Assembly: GCA_048939995.1 (NCBI GenBank)
Contig: JBHLOY010000001.1
Location: 192,001-256,000 of the forward strand
Length of the DNA stretch: 64,000 nt
Reading direction: 5' to 3'
From: Promethearchaeota archaeon
GTDB taxonomy: Archaea; Asgardarchaeota; Lokiarchaeia; Sigyniarchaeales; SOKP01
Positions 40,051 to 50,840 of this stretch are shown here, piece after piece (the stretch's first letter is position 1; each line of letters starts with the position of its first letter). The notes under the pieces were generated by a model that saw only the letters and a list, made by a program, of their open reading frames with translations, ran no database searches and was not told the DNA's origin. The position numbers and the translations under genes were made by a program.

Positions 40051-40227
40051 ATGGATTCTGAGGAAGAAAAAAAGATAGTCGAAGAAATTTTAAAAGATAG
40101 AAGGTTAGCTTATTCGATTGAAATACTTGATGCTGAAGGAGATAAATATGTTGTTCGTAATAATTTTGGCACAACAATCACCTATCATAAAAAAGGAGAA
40201 CATTACTTTTTAACTGAGGAATTGTAA
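40051..40227 (+). CDS. Unlisted 58-aa small protein
   Basis: MDSEEEKKIVEEILKDRRLAYSIEILDAEGDKYVVRNNFGTTITYHKKGEHYFLTEEL*; fills an intergenic gap and has protein-like composition. Confidence 0.6.
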   Translation: MDSEEEKKIVEEILKDRRLAYSIEILDAEGDKYVVRNNFGTTITYHKKGEHYFLTEEL

Positions 40228-40410
40228 AAATAAATCTTAGTTTAAATTGAATAGTTATTTTTACTTGTTATAATTTTTAATTTTCACTTAATTTCATCAG
40301 TCCATATATATTAAATAATAAAAATCTGTTGAATCATTTGAATATTCATAGTTAAGATTATAAGATTGTAATTTTTTTTTATTCATAGCAATAAGAAAAT
40401 AGAAAAACTC

Positions 40411-41601
40411 ATGAGAAGGAGAAAAATTAAATCAGAGAGTTCTGAAGGAAAGTTAAAAGAAAAATTTCGAGCTGTAATAGATGGGTCAACCTCATTATCT
40501 ATGTATAATGAAAAGAAAAGGTCCATTTGTATAATAAAAAAAAACTTAGCAAAAGACTATGAAATTGAAGTTGATGCCTCAGAAGCTCCAATTCTTAATA
40601 AGATGGCTGAAACTCCTGAGCCTTATGAGAATTCTATTGCTGATCTTAAAATTTTAGAAGATGAAGTTTTCCCATTAATTAAAGCATACAAAACTGTCTT
40701 TGGTGAAGAGAAAGAAATAGACCTATATTCAATCAAATTAGCCATTGGAGGAAGTTACAATGACTATGTTACAATTAGAGAAAATGATTTAATAAAATAT
40801 GACGTAGAACCCACTCTAACCGGTTTGAGTGACTTTATCAAAGAAAATAATGAAAGCATTTTAGGTTTTTTGGACAGCGAATATATCAGTGAAGAAGGAA
40901 ATGTTATATATTTGAGTTGTGGAAAAAAAAATGTTTCAGATAATATTTTTTCTTTAAAAATAGTTATTCTTGCCTCTTTGCAGCAGAGAGGTTATTTTTT
41001 ACAGCAAGAACATAAATATTATGGACTTCAGTTATTTATTATTTTGGAATCTAGAAAAGAAAATGATGATAAATTATTGGAATTTCTAAAGGAATTAGGC
41101 ATTGATTGGGAATTAATATTTTTTAGACGAAAGTTAGCTATACATGATTGGACTGAAATTGAATGTCAAAGAGATTCAGAAAATTTGAAAAACTATTTAC
41201 GTGCAAGATTTGACACGCTTAATTATTTTGATATTAATCATATAATTAGACTAATAGTTAAAAATCAATTACCATTTAAAGTGGCTGACAAGATGGCTTC
41301 ACTTCTTTACAAAATGAAATCCGAAAGGGCATTACAAATACATGAAAAGAAATATGAGCAATCAGCTTTTAAAGAAAGAATGTATGTTGACGATTCTGTA
41401 TCAAATCTTTCCAGACGAAATAATTATGATGACAAAATCCAAGCTGTTGATGAATATTCTCTTACTCTTAAAAAAGCGGAGATAGTAGCTGCTGCTAAAA
41501 TTGCGTGTGCATACTTAGGAATTCAAACTGAGATAAAGTTTGACAGGGATATTCCTTTGGATGAGATATCAAAATATCAAGAGGAATTAACTAATTTCTA
41601 A
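40411..41601 (+). CDS. Hypothetical soluble protein
   Basis: 396-aa ORF; no motif recognised. Confidence 0.6.
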   Translation: MRRRKIKSESSEGKLKEKFRAVIDGSTSLSMYNEKKRSICIIKKNLAKDYEIEVDASEAPILNKMAETPEPYENSIADLKILEDEVFPLIKAYKTVFGEEKEIDLYSIKLAIGGSYNDYVTIRENDLIKYDVEPTLTGLSDFIKENNESILGFLDSEYISEEGNVIYLSCGKKNVSDNIFSLKIVILASLQQRGYFLQQEHKYYGLQLFIILESRKENDDKLLEFLKELGIDWELIFFRRKLAIHDWTEIECQRDSENLKNYLRARFDTLNYFDINHIIRLIVKNQLPFKVADKMASLLYKMKSERALQIHEKKYEQSAFKERMYVDDSVSNLSRRNNYDDKIQAVDEYSLTLKKAEIVAAAKIACAYLGIQTEIKFDRDIPLDEISKYQEELTNF

Positions 41602-41629
41602 TTATTAATTTTTAAAAAAAAGTTAAATT

Positions 41630-42634
41630 TTAATTGAATCCAAAAGAATTCTTTAATAATTCGTAATTTAAGGATCCAACAGTTAAAGATTTTCCAGTTT
41701 TAATATTATTTACCGTATAAATAGCGGGGGCAAATAATCCAGGATCTATTTTATAAAAGTCATAACCTGCTTCCTTAAAAATTATATTAAAAGGTTTACC
41801 ATAACTAGGAGACTGATTAGCGGGTGCTTTTCTTAGCAGGTTAAATAAATCATCTTCCCTCTCTTTATCGACGTCAATAGTATAGAATGTTTTTCCTCCA
41901 GCAATTATAGAATCGTTAGTCGTACCCATTGCTGCAAAATCATCAGCAACAATAGGCGCAATTGAAGTTGTTCCAAATCCATTCTTTATTACTTCTAATG
42001 GAAAATGAATCTCATGAAGCTTATGAATACCTGTTTCTACTATTCTTGCTGCCACTTGAATTGAACCTGTTAAACATGCTGTAGGGGCACAAATCGCATA
42101 AGTATTTTCTGGGCTCACATTACATTTTTCTGAAACAATAGCCATGACTTCTTCATTAGGCATCTTTCTCGTCTCAAAAATTATAATAGCACAATCGGAA
42201 TCGTCTATATAATTTATTTCTTCAAAAATCTTTTCAGTTTTAGCTTTTGCTCGAGCAGGTCCTGAACCCAATGATTGAAATATCACTTTCTTCTTAAGTT
42301 CTCCATTTTTTTCAACTTCTTTTTTCAATTTCACTGACCATCCTGCCAATTGAGATGCCATACATGAAATTATAGGTTCAGAAGTATATACATTTACAGC
42401 AGGCAAATAATACCCTTCTAAGTTAAATGATGTGAAGTTCAAAGTTCCAAGTCCACCCATACAAATTTCTGCTACTAATTTTCCTCCCAACCATGATGCA
42501 TTAGTCATATCTACTACTGTAGAGTCATTATTCAATTTGGTTATTTCTGCTTTATAGTAGTCTTTATTTCCTATAATCTTTTTTACTATTTTTAATGCAA
42601 GATTATTAATTTTAATATGCTGCATTATCATCAC
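41630..42634 (-). CDS. mch: Methenyl-H4MPT cyclohydrolase
   Basis: EICMGGLG, SQLAGW, GSGPARA, QVAARIVET, AMGTTND, YGKPF, FYKIDPGLFAPA. Confidence 0.95.
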   Translation of the reverse strand: MMIMQHIKINNLALKIVKKIIGNKDYYKAEITKLNNDSTVVDMTNASWLGGKLVAEICMGGLGTLNFTSFNLEGYYLPAVNVYTSEPIISCMASQLAGWSVKLKKEVEKNGELKKKVIFQSLGSGPARAKAKTEKIFEEINYIDDSDCAIIIFETRKMPNEEVMAIVSEKCNVSPENTYAICAPTACLTGSIQVAARIVETGIHKLHEIHFPLEVIKNGFGTTSIAPIVADDFAAMGTTNDSIIAGGKTFYTIDVDKEREDDLFNLLRKAPANQSPSYGKPFNIIFKEAGYDFYKIDPGLFAPAIYTVNNIKTGKSLTVGSLNYELLKNSFGFN

Positions 42635-42718
42635 TTAAATAACAATATTAATTGAGTATATATTATTAATTTCTTATTTTAATATATTAAAGTAAGTTCA
42701 TATTAAAATTATATAAAA

Positions 42719-44233
42719 ATGGATGAATTAATTTCAAAATTAACAAAATTAAAAGATGACTTAATAGAAACCAAAGATTTTTTTTTTAAGGTATTAAATC
42801 AAAGTAATTCATCCATTCAAATCTATACTCATTTGGATTCAGATGGTTTATCTGCGGGTGCCATATTAGGCAAAGCGCTATATAGAGAAAGATTGCCATT
42901 TCATATTACAATATTAAAACAATTAGAGAAAAAAGAAATATTAAAGATTAGAGAATGTGTACAAGAAGGTAAATTTCCTATATTTTGTGACTTTGGAAGT
43001 GGTCAATATTTAGATTTAATTGAACAATTTAAAATCGGTAAGAATCAGTTAAATCCATTTATTATAATTGATCACCATATCCCTCAAAATATAACCGATA
43101 AAAGGGATACACGAATCCATGAAGTTTATAAGGAGACTAGACCTTGGCATGTGAATCCGTATTTTCATGACATTGATGGCAGTCTTGAGGTTTCTGGGGC
43201 GGGTTTATGTTATTTTTTTGCCAAAATATTAAATGAAAAGAATAAAGATCTTTCTTCTATAGCTTTAGTTGGTGCTACAGGAGATATACAAAACAAAGGA
43301 GCTAAAAAGTCATTTATTGGGATTAATAAGTTAATTCTTTATGATGCGATAAATATGAATCTTCTACAGGAGGTAAATGATTTAAATTTTTCTCCAATCA
43401 AGCCATTAAATGAAGCAATTGCCTATTCTTCAGATTTTAATATTCCAGGTTTAACAGGAGATCCGAATAAAGTATTAATTTTTTTGCAGAGATTAGGTAT
43501 TTTAGTCGAAAATACAGATGGTAGAGTCAAAACTTTAAATGAATTAAATCAAAATGAAAAACAAAAGGTTACTTCAGCTATTATAAGATATATATCAGTT
43601 AAACTAAATCTTAATCCAAATGAAATTGTGGATAAATTAATTATTAACAGATATGTATTTAAAAATGAAATCAAGGCATCAGAACTTAATGATTTGAATG
43701 AATTTTCAAACTTATTGAATTCTTGTGGAAGAACAGATAATGGAGCCTTAGGGATTGCTGTCGCTATGGGTGATAGAAAGACAGCATTCCAAAAATCACA
43801 AGAAAATTTAATTATTTACAAACAATCTATATTAAAAGCTTTATTATGGATTCACGAGGAGGGTAAAATTCAACAAAAAGAGTATATACAATACTTTTTC
43901 GGTGAAGATATAATTCCAGACAACCTCATAGGAACAATTTGTTCCATGCTAATTTTTGATGAAAATGAAATGGTTGAGAGCTCAAAACCATTATTTGGGC
44001 TTGCTAAAAGAACGGATGAGAATGTATATAAACTTTCAGCTAGAGCTGATGAGGAGTTATTAAACAAAGGTTTAAATTTATCAGAAATCATAAGAGATGC
44101 CTTAAAATTGACAAATATCGACACTCTTGGTGGAGGTCATCCCCTCGCTGCGGGTGCTAAAATTCCACTCGATAGGGTAGATGAGTTTTTAGAACATTGT
44201 AACATTATAGTAAAAAAGCAATTAGGATACTAA
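42719..44233 (+). CDS. RecJ-like DHH phosphoesterase (archaeal GAN/Cdc45-related clade)
   Basis: HLDSDG, DFGSG, IDHH, GATGD, SAR, GGGHPLAAG. Confidence 0.88.
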   Translation: MDELISKLTKLKDDLIETKDFFFKVLNQSNSSIQIYTHLDSDGLSAGAILGKALYRERLPFHITILKQLEKKEILKIRECVQEGKFPIFCDFGSGQYLDLIEQFKIGKNQLNPFIIIDHHIPQNITDKRDTRIHEVYKETRPWHVNPYFHDIDGSLEVSGAGLCYFFAKILNEKNKDLSSIALVGATGDIQNKGAKKSFIGINKLILYDAINMNLLQEVNDLNFSPIKPLNEAIAYSSDFNIPGLTGDPNKVLIFLQRLGILVENTDGRVKTLNELNQNEKQKVTSAIIRYISVKLNLNPNEIVDKLIINRYVFKNEIKASELNDLNEFSNLLNSCGRTDNGALGIAVAMGDRKTAFQKSQENLIIYKQSILKALLWIHEEGKIQQKEYIQYFFGEDIIPDNLIGTICSMLIFDENEMVESSKPLFGLAKRTDENVYKLSARADEELLNKGLNLSEIIRDALKLTNIDTLGGGHPLAAGAKIPLDRVDEFLEHCNIIVKKQLGY

Positions 44234-45531
44234 ATTTTATAAATTTCTCCAGTTTCAGGAGCAACTGAATTAAAGCCTTCATTAGCTAAATCTCGAGCGA
44301 ATAAAGTTGTAGCTTTATCATCTCCATGCACACAAAACACAAATTTGGAATTATTATTAAATTTTTGATAATATAGGTATTTCAATAAATGGGTTCTGTC
44401 AGCATGACTCGAGAAATCATAATAATCAATAATACAGTCTGCCTTTTTTATTATTTTATACATATCATTTTTTATGTTGTTAGATTGATATTCAAAAACT
44501 TTTTCCTCTAATAATTTTCTGCCAGGAGTTCCTTCGACTTGATATCCAACCATATAGATCGCAGATTGAGGATCATCCAATATCAATTTGAGGTAATCAA
44601 TAGCTGCTCCACCTTTCAACATACCAGAAGGAGATATGATTATAGATCTAGATTTTTTTCCTATTTTCTTCCGCATTTTTTCAGAAACAAATTGAACTTT
44701 CTTTAATGACCTTTTATATGCACCAAAGTCTCTAAATGCTAAAGGAAAGTTTGAATATGCCACTCCCACTTTTCTTGCAAGTCCATCCATATAAATTTGG
44801 CCATTTAAGCCATATTTATTTAAAATCAAGAGAATCTCTTGTGATCTGGCCACTCCAAAAGCAGGAATGAGTACTCTGCCACCATTTTCACTAACATTTA
44901 AGATTTCTTCAACAAATTTCTTTTCAAGTTCATTTCTGGATGGATGTTCTCTTAAAGCATAAGTTGATTCAGTTATTATAGCATCTATTTTTTTATCAAT
45001 TGATGTATCTGCTGGGTAGATCAAGTTGGTATTAATCAAATTAATATCACCAGTGTAAAGAATTTTTTTTTCATCTACCTCAACTAAAATTGAAACGCTA
45101 CCTGGTATATGGCCAGCATTATAAAAAGTAATGTAAAAGTCTTCACTAATCTTTTTTGTAATTTGATTTTCTAAAAATAGAGTATTTTGTCTTATTTTTT
45201 CTATTTCTCTATATCCAAAAGGATATGGAAATTTAGAGACCTTTATCATATCTTTTAATAGAATTTCAGTGATTCGCAAAGTTAATGGATTGATATAAAG
45301 AGGTACGTTAAATTTCTTAAAAAGGTAAGGTAGCCCTCCTGAATGATCTATATGACAATGAGTTAGAGCAACTGCTTTAAGATTACTTAAATTTGAATCA
45401 TATGGTAAACGATCATTTTCCGTAAATCTTACACCATAGTCTAATACACATTTTTCACCATGATCAGATTCAATTAATATCGCAGAACGTCCTACTTCCC
45501 TACACCCTCCCAAAAATGAAATTTTTACCAT
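44230..45531 (-). CDS. beta-CASP metallo-beta-lactamase ribonuclease (aCPSF-like, no KH domains)
   Basis: LGGCREVGRS, THCHIDH, AGHIPGS, YTGD, ESTY, SSHAD, VHGD. Confidence 0.92.
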   Translation of the reverse strand: MVKISFLGGCREVGRSAILIESDHGEKCVLDYGVRFTENDRLPYDSNLSNLKAVALTHCHIDHSGGLPYLFKKFNVPLYINPLTLRITEILLKDMIKVSKFPYPFGYREIEKIRQNTLFLENQITKKISEDFYITFYNAGHIPGSVSILVEVDEKKILYTGDINLINTNLIYPADTSIDKKIDAIITESTYALREHPSRNELEKKFVEEILNVSENGGRVLIPAFGVARSQEILLILNKYGLNGQIYMDGLARKVGVAYSNFPLAFRDFGAYKRSLKKVQFVSEKMRKKIGKKSRSIIISPSGMLKGGAAIDYLKLILDDPQSAIYMVGYQVEGTPGRKLLEEKVFEYQSNNIKNDMYKIIKKADCIIDYYDFSSHADRTHLLKYLYYQKFNNNSKFVFCVHGDDKATTLFARDLANEGFNSVAPETGEIYKI

Positions 45532-45605
45532 TTGTCTTGTCTGTTGTTACTTTAATGATCAATATTAATTTGAAATCTTCAAGAGTTATCAATTTTTTCT
45601 TTATA

Positions 45606-45625
45606 TTCAAGAAGAATTTCTTGAA
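45606..45625. promoter_or_regulatory. Perfect inverted repeat (operator or terminator candidate)
   Basis: TTCAAGAA-GAAT-TTCTTGAA between mtaP and the beta-CASP gene. Confidence 0.4.
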
Positions 45626-45654
45626 AGTATTAAATAAAAAGATTAGTAGAGAAG

Positions 45655-46404
45655 TTATTTGATTTTTTTTATAGCATTAGTGAGTAAAGAGATAACATTA
45701 TTCACGTTTTTGCCAAAAATCTCTAAAATTTCTTCCCAAGTTACTGGAGTTTCATCATCTTTCCAACAATCATAATCAGTAGACATTGCTACCGCAGCAT
45801 AAGGGATGCTTGCTTCATTTGCTAAAATAGTTTCGGGAGCAATACTCATATTTATAATATCAGCACCCCATATTCTGAACATTTCTGACTCAGCTCTTGT
45901 GGAAAATCTCGGTCCTTCAATAGTAACTACTGTTCCTTTTTCATGATATTTAAGATTCAATTCTTTAGCGCTTTCAATTAGAATTTGTCTTAACTCTTCT
46001 GAATACGGATAAGCCATAGTAGCATGTTTCGGCTCGTGAGGAGGAAATTCTTCAAAAAAACTTAATTTCCGGAGGCGTGTGAAATCAATAAACTGATCAA
46101 TAATCACAAAATCCCCTCTTCCAATTTTTTCTCTCAAGCTTCCACACGCAGTTGTAGCTAAAATGTGTGTACAACCTTGATCTTTTAGTGCTTGTATATT
46201 TGCCCTATAATTTACTTGAGTAGGAGGAATTGTATGTTCCCTACCATGTCTAGCTAAAAGAACAACTTCCACACCGTGAATCTTTCCTACTTTTAAAGAT
46301 GAGCTTGGTTTTCCATAAGAAGTGTTAACTTCTAAATCCATTGCATCCTTTAAAATATCTGGATTATCTAGTCCTGATCCCCCAATAATACCTATTTTAA
46401 CCAT
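45655..46404 (-). CDS. mtaP: 5'-methylthioadenosine phosphorylase
   Basis: IGIIGGSG, ARHGREHTIPP, EGPRFSTRAES, NMS, TDYDCW. Confidence 0.95.
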   Translation of the reverse strand: MVKIGIIGGSGLDNPDILKDAMDLEVNTSYGKPSSSLKVGKIHGVEVVLLARHGREHTIPPTQVNYRANIQALKDQGCTHILATTACGSLREKIGRGDFVIIDQFIDFTRLRKLSFFEEFPPHEPKHATMAYPYSEELRQILIESAKELNLKYHEKGTVVTIEGPRFSTRAESEMFRIWGADIINMSIAPETILANEASIPYAAVAMSTDYDCWKDDETPVTWEEILEIFGKNVNNVISLLTNAIKKIK

Positions 46405-46561
46405 AATATATCATTAATTAGAGAATTTAATTAATATAGTTATATATTTGAAAACTCTAATTTTAATATAATTTACTTATAAAAAAAATAATCATCTAAA
46501 TAAGATTTTAATATAGAATGTATTAAATATAATATATTAATTTCTATACTTTTGAAGTTTT

Positions 46562-47560
46562 ATGGCAAAAACTAAGGTTCTAGTTCTCGGATCATTAGCA
46601 TTTGATTACATTATGAGCTTTAAGGAAAATTTCGTTAATGCTGTGTCAATTGATCACGAAAAGGAAGTATATCAAAGCACTATTACTGCTGATAGCCGTA
46701 ATTTACATTTTGGTGGAACTGCAGGAAATATTGCTTATAATTTGGGTTTGTTAAACATTGCCAAGGTTGTATTAGTAGGATCAGTAGGAAAGGATTTTGA
46801 GAGTTTAGGCTATAAAGATCATATTAAGCAGTTTAAAAATATTGAACTTTCTATTGAAGAATATGATGATTTATTTACAGCTGCTTGTTATATTGTAAAT
46901 GATGTTAAGTCAAATCAAATGATAGTTTTTCATGGTGGGGCATTAGAAAAATGCAAGGATATTAAGTTAAAGGAAAAAATACAGCATCCAGATGAATTCG
47001 CCTATGCTATTAATTCTACTCAGAGTGTTGAGGCTATGAGTAATTTTGCAGAACAATTATTTGACTTAAGAATTCCAACAATCCTAGATCCTGGTCAAGT
47101 AACACCTCTTTTCCCAAGAGAAATTCTTATTAATACAATAAAAAAGTCAGAGATCATAATCGGAAATATTTATGAAATCGAACAAATAAAAAAGAAAACT
47201 GAGTTTACTGAAGAAAAAATAATGGAGTTTGTTAAAGCCGTTATAGTAACAAAAGGTTCAAAAGGTTCTGAATTAATTTATAGAGATGATAAAGGTAGGA
47301 TATTTAGAATAGAGATTCCTATAGCGACTCCAGAGAGGATAGAAGATACTACTGGGGCAGGAGATGGATACCGTGCAGGGATACTGAGTGGTTTAATTTT
47401 AAATATGACCATTTTAGATTCTTGCAGATTAGGTTCTATAATTGGATCATTTGTTATTGAAACAAGTGGAGCTCAAACTCAAAATTTTAATATTGAACAA
47501 ATTAGAAAAAGATTTTTTAAAACCTATGGTTATACTCCACCAGAGTTGGAGAGAATATAA
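46562..47560 (+). CDS. PfkB family nucleoside/carbohydrate kinase
   Basis: GSLAFD, GGTAGN, DPGQ, DTTGAGD. Confidence 0.9.
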   Translation: MAKTKVLVLGSLAFDYIMSFKENFVNAVSIDHEKEVYQSTITADSRNLHFGGTAGNIAYNLGLLNIAKVVLVGSVGKDFESLGYKDHIKQFKNIELSIEEYDDLFTAACYIVNDVKSNQMIVFHGGALEKCKDIKLKEKIQHPDEFAYAINSTQSVEAMSNFAEQLFDLRIPTILDPGQVTPLFPREILINTIKKSEIIIGNIYEIEQIKKKTEFTEEKIMEFVKAVIVTKGSKGSELIYRDDKGRIFRIEIPIATPERIEDTTGAGDGYRAGILSGLILNMTILDSCRLGSIIGSFVIETSGAQTQNFNIEQIRKRFFKTYGYTPPELERI

Positions 47561-47591
47561 TAAAACTTTGCACCTTTCATTATAAAATACT

Positions 47592-49028
47592 TCAATCATG
47601 CAACACAGGTCTTCGTGCTGCAATAACTGCATCTAACCGCCCAATTGGTGTGTTATGGGGTGCATTTTTTACAAGTTCAGGATTATTATATGTTTCTTCA
47701 TATATCGTATACATAACTTTAATGAAATTATCAAGGGAATTTTTTGATTCTGTTTCTGTAGGTTCAATCATAATAGCTCCATTAACTATCAGAGGGAAAT
47801 AAACGGTAGGTGCGTAAATTCCAAAATCTAAGATTCTTTTAGCTATATCTTCTGTTGTAATCTCATTTGGCATACCTTGATCTGATAATACAAATTCATG
47901 TTGACAGATTCTGTTATAAGGGAGTTTATATTTTTTTTGTAATATTACTCTTAGATAATTTGCATTTAATACAGAAATTTGACCAACTCGTTTAAGTCCC
48001 TCACGTCCTAATGATAAAATATAACTATATGCTCTAACAATTACTCCAAAATTACCCCAGAATGATTTTACTCTTCCTATAGAATTTTCATTATCTGACT
48101 GGCAAATAATTCCTTCACTAGTTTTTATAATACAAGGTTTAGGTAGAAATTCAACTAGGCTATCTACTACTCCAACCGGTCCTGAGCCCGGACCACCACC
48201 TCCATGAGGAGTTGAAAATGTTTTATGTAGATTTAAATGAACAATATCAAATCCCATGTCTTTTGGTCTACAAATTCCTAACATTGGATTTAGGTTTGCT
48301 CCATCATAATAGCAAAGCCCTCCATTTTCATGTACTATAGCAGTTATTTCTTTAATCTGCCGATCAAAGACACCTAAAGTATTTGGATTAGTTAGCATAA
48401 TTCCTGCTACATCGCCTCCTTGCATAGCAAACTTAAGTTGATCTAATGGAAGTTCGCCGTACATATTAGATTCTAATTCAACAATTGAAAATCCTGCCAT
48501 CTTTGCTGATGCGGGATTAGTACCATGGGCAGAATCCGGTACAATTATTTTGGTTTTCTTGATATTCTTGCTTTGAAAGTACTTCTTTATAATCAATAAC
48601 CCAGTTAATTCGCCATGAGCACCAGCAGCAGGTTGTAAAGTAAATCCTTTCATACCCGTTATTTCTCCTAACATATTTGAAATATCATTTAAAAGTTCTA
48701 ATGAGCCTTGGTTTTCTTCTTGCAGAGGGTGTATTTGAGAAAAACCAGGTAATCTCGCCGCAATTTCATTAACTTTGGGGTTATATTTCATTGTGCAAGA
48801 TCCTAGTGGATAAATACCATTATCCACTCCGTAATTTTTAAGGCTTAAATTAATATAATGCCTTACTATCTCAATTTCAGGAATATTTGGGATATTTAAT
48901 TCAGTCCTTTGATAATTCAATGGGATTATTTTATTAATATCTATAGGCTCAATATCTAATTCTGGAATGAAGTTTTTATGAGAATATTCAATATTCTTAT
49001 CAAAAATCAATTTACTGTCTGATTTCAT
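47592..49028 (-). CDS. gcvPB: Glycine dehydrogenase subunit 2
   Basis: YPLGSCTMKYNP, QPAAGAHGE, SAHGTNPAS, HLNLHKTFSTPHGGGGPG. Confidence 0.97.
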   Translation of the reverse strand: MKSDSKLIFDKNIEYSHKNFIPELDIEPIDINKIIPLNYQRTELNIPNIPEIEIVRHYINLSLKNYGVDNGIYPLGSCTMKYNPKVNEIAARLPGFSQIHPLQEENQGSLELLNDISNMLGEITGMKGFTLQPAAGAHGELTGLLIIKKYFQSKNIKKTKIIVPDSAHGTNPASAKMAGFSIVELESNMYGELPLDQLKFAMQGGDVAGIMLTNPNTLGVFDRQIKEITAIVHENGGLCYYDGANLNPMLGICRPKDMGFDIVHLNLHKTFSTPHGGGGPGSGPVGVVDSLVEFLPKPCIIKTSEGIICQSDNENSIGRVKSFWGNFGVIVRAYSYILSLGREGLKRVGQISVLNANYLRVILQKKYKLPYNRICQHEFVLSDQGMPNEITTEDIAKRILDFGIYAPTVYFPLIVNGAIMIEPTETESKNSLDNFIKVMYTIYEETYNNPELVKNAPHNTPIGRLDAVIAARRPVLHD

Positions 49029-49029
49029 T

Positions 49030-50370
49030 TCAAATTACCCCTTTTTTATTTTTAGCTACACTTTTTGCGGCATCTATGAATTCATTGATTGCTTGTTGAG
49101 AACAGGTCTCGGTAACACATACTAAAGCGGTATTATCTAATTCTGGATAATATTTTGATAAGTCTAATGGAGGAAGCAAATCTCTCTTTTTGCACTCATT
49201 AATTAATCCTTTAATATTCTGGCATTTCAACAAGAATTCATTATAAGTAGGTTTTTTATTTAATATCTCGTAACCTGATATTTTTTTAAGTTCATTTTTA
49301 AGATGATGAGCTTTTTGAAAATTCTGTAGAGCAATTTCCTTTAAACCCGCTTTACCAAGCGATAAAAGATAAACTAAAGCTGCTAATGAACATAGAGCTT
49401 GATTAGTACAAATATTTGAACTTGCTTTTTCTCTTCGTATATGTTGCTCACGAGCTTGAAGAGTTAATATGAAACCAATTTTCTCTCCATGGAGCTCTTT
49501 AGTTTTCCCAACCAACCGACCAGGCACTTTTCGCATGAATTTTTCTTTAGTTGTGAAAATACCTAATCCTGGACCTCCAAAAGAAGGGGATATACCAAAA
49601 GCTTGACCTTCGGCTACAAATATATCAATATCTAATTCTCCAGGAGGCTTTAATATCCCTAAACAAGTAGGGTCAGTCATTAGCTGGACTATTAAACATT
49701 TTTCTGATCTTTTGCGAACATTTTCAACCAATTTTTCGATATCCTCAATTTCACCAAAAAAATTCGGGCTCTGAAATAAAAATCCCCCTACATCTTCCGT
49801 AATCTCTTCACTTAAATTTTTTTCATTAATTATTTTATATTTAATACCTTGACCCCAACAATATGTTGTAACCACTTCGAGATATTCAGGGTGAATTCCC
49901 TCTAAAATTAAAATTAAATTTTTACCGCTAATAGCTGTAGCCATTATCGCCGCTTCTGCTAAAGCGGTTGAACCATCATACATACTTGCGTTTGCTATAT
50001 CCATCTGAGTTAATCTTGAAATTATTGTTTGATATTCATAAATGGCTTGTAAGAATCCTTGACTTGCTTCAGCTTGATATGGCGTATATGCAGTATAGAA
50101 TTCTGAGCGTTGAATGATAAAATCCACAAGAGAGGGAATATAATGGTAATAACAACCTGCTCCTAAAAAATTATTAGAATAGATTTTATTTTCTGAAGCA
50201 AGGTTTATTAAATGCCTTAATAAATCAGGTTCTGATAATCCCAAGGATAAATTTAACTTTTTAATCTTCAAATCGCTCGGGATATCTTGAAATAAATCAT
50301 CTAAAGTATTCACACCTATAGCTTTAAGCATTTCATTAATAGTTTCTTCATTATGAGGTATATAATCCAT
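49030..50370 (-). CDS. gcvPA: Glycine dehydrogenase subunit 1
   Basis: EFYTAYTPYQAE, ANASMYDG, REQHIRREKASSNICTNQ. Confidence 0.97.
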   Translation of the reverse strand: MDYIPHNEETINEMLKAIGVNTLDDLFQDIPSDLKIKKLNLSLGLSEPDLLRHLINLASENKIYSNNFLGAGCYYHYIPSLVDFIIQRSEFYTAYTPYQAEASQGFLQAIYEYQTIISRLTQMDIANASMYDGSTALAEAAIMATAISGKNLILILEGIHPEYLEVVTTYCWGQGIKYKIINEKNLSEEITEDVGGFLFQSPNFFGEIEDIEKLVENVRKRSEKCLIVQLMTDPTCLGILKPPGELDIDIFVAEGQAFGISPSFGGPGLGIFTTKEKFMRKVPGRLVGKTKELHGEKIGFILTLQAREQHIRREKASSNICTNQALCSLAALVYLLSLGKAGLKEIALQNFQKAHHLKNELKKISGYEILNKKPTYNEFLLKCQNIKGLINECKKRDLLPPLDLSKYYPELDNTALVCVTETCSQQAINEFIDAAKSVAKNKKGVI

Positions 50371-50425
50371 TATCTAACAACTCATATATTGTAATAAAAA
50401 AATGAATTAATTGAATAAGAAAAAG

Positions 50426-50821
50426 TTATTTCTCTTCATTTTTAACTAGTACTTTATACTCATCAACAGACAGGAGATTACTTATTTCATCAGAATTAGA
50501 GTATTTTATTTTTACAATCCACCCGTCATTAAAAGGCGAAGTATTGAGGAGTTCTGGTCGATCAATTAGATTTTGATTTATTTCAAAAATTTTTCCAGAT
50601 AACGGCATAATTAATTCTCCAACTGCTTTGACAGATTCAATCTCCCCGATTGTAGCTTCTTTCTTAACATCGATTCCTATTTCAGGTAATTCAATAAAAA
50701 CTACATCTCCTAATTGATGTTGAGCATAATCAGTTATTCCAACTATAGCAATATTGCTTTCTAATTTGACCCATTCATGAGTTTTAGTGTACTTTAAATA
50801 AGCAGGGAATTTATAATCCAT
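50426..50821 (-). CDS. gcvH: Glycine cleavage H protein
   Basis: HEW, GITDYAQ..LGD, IESVKAV (lipoyl-Lys). Confidence 0.97.
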   Translation of the reverse strand: MDYKFPAYLKYTKTHEWVKLESNIAIVGITDYAQHQLGDVVFIELPEIGIDVKKEATIGEIESVKAVGELIMPLSGKIFEINQNLIDRPELLNTSPFNDGWIVKIKYSNSDEISNLLSVDEYKVLVKNEEK

Positions 50822-50840
50822 CCTTTTTCACGTCCAATTC

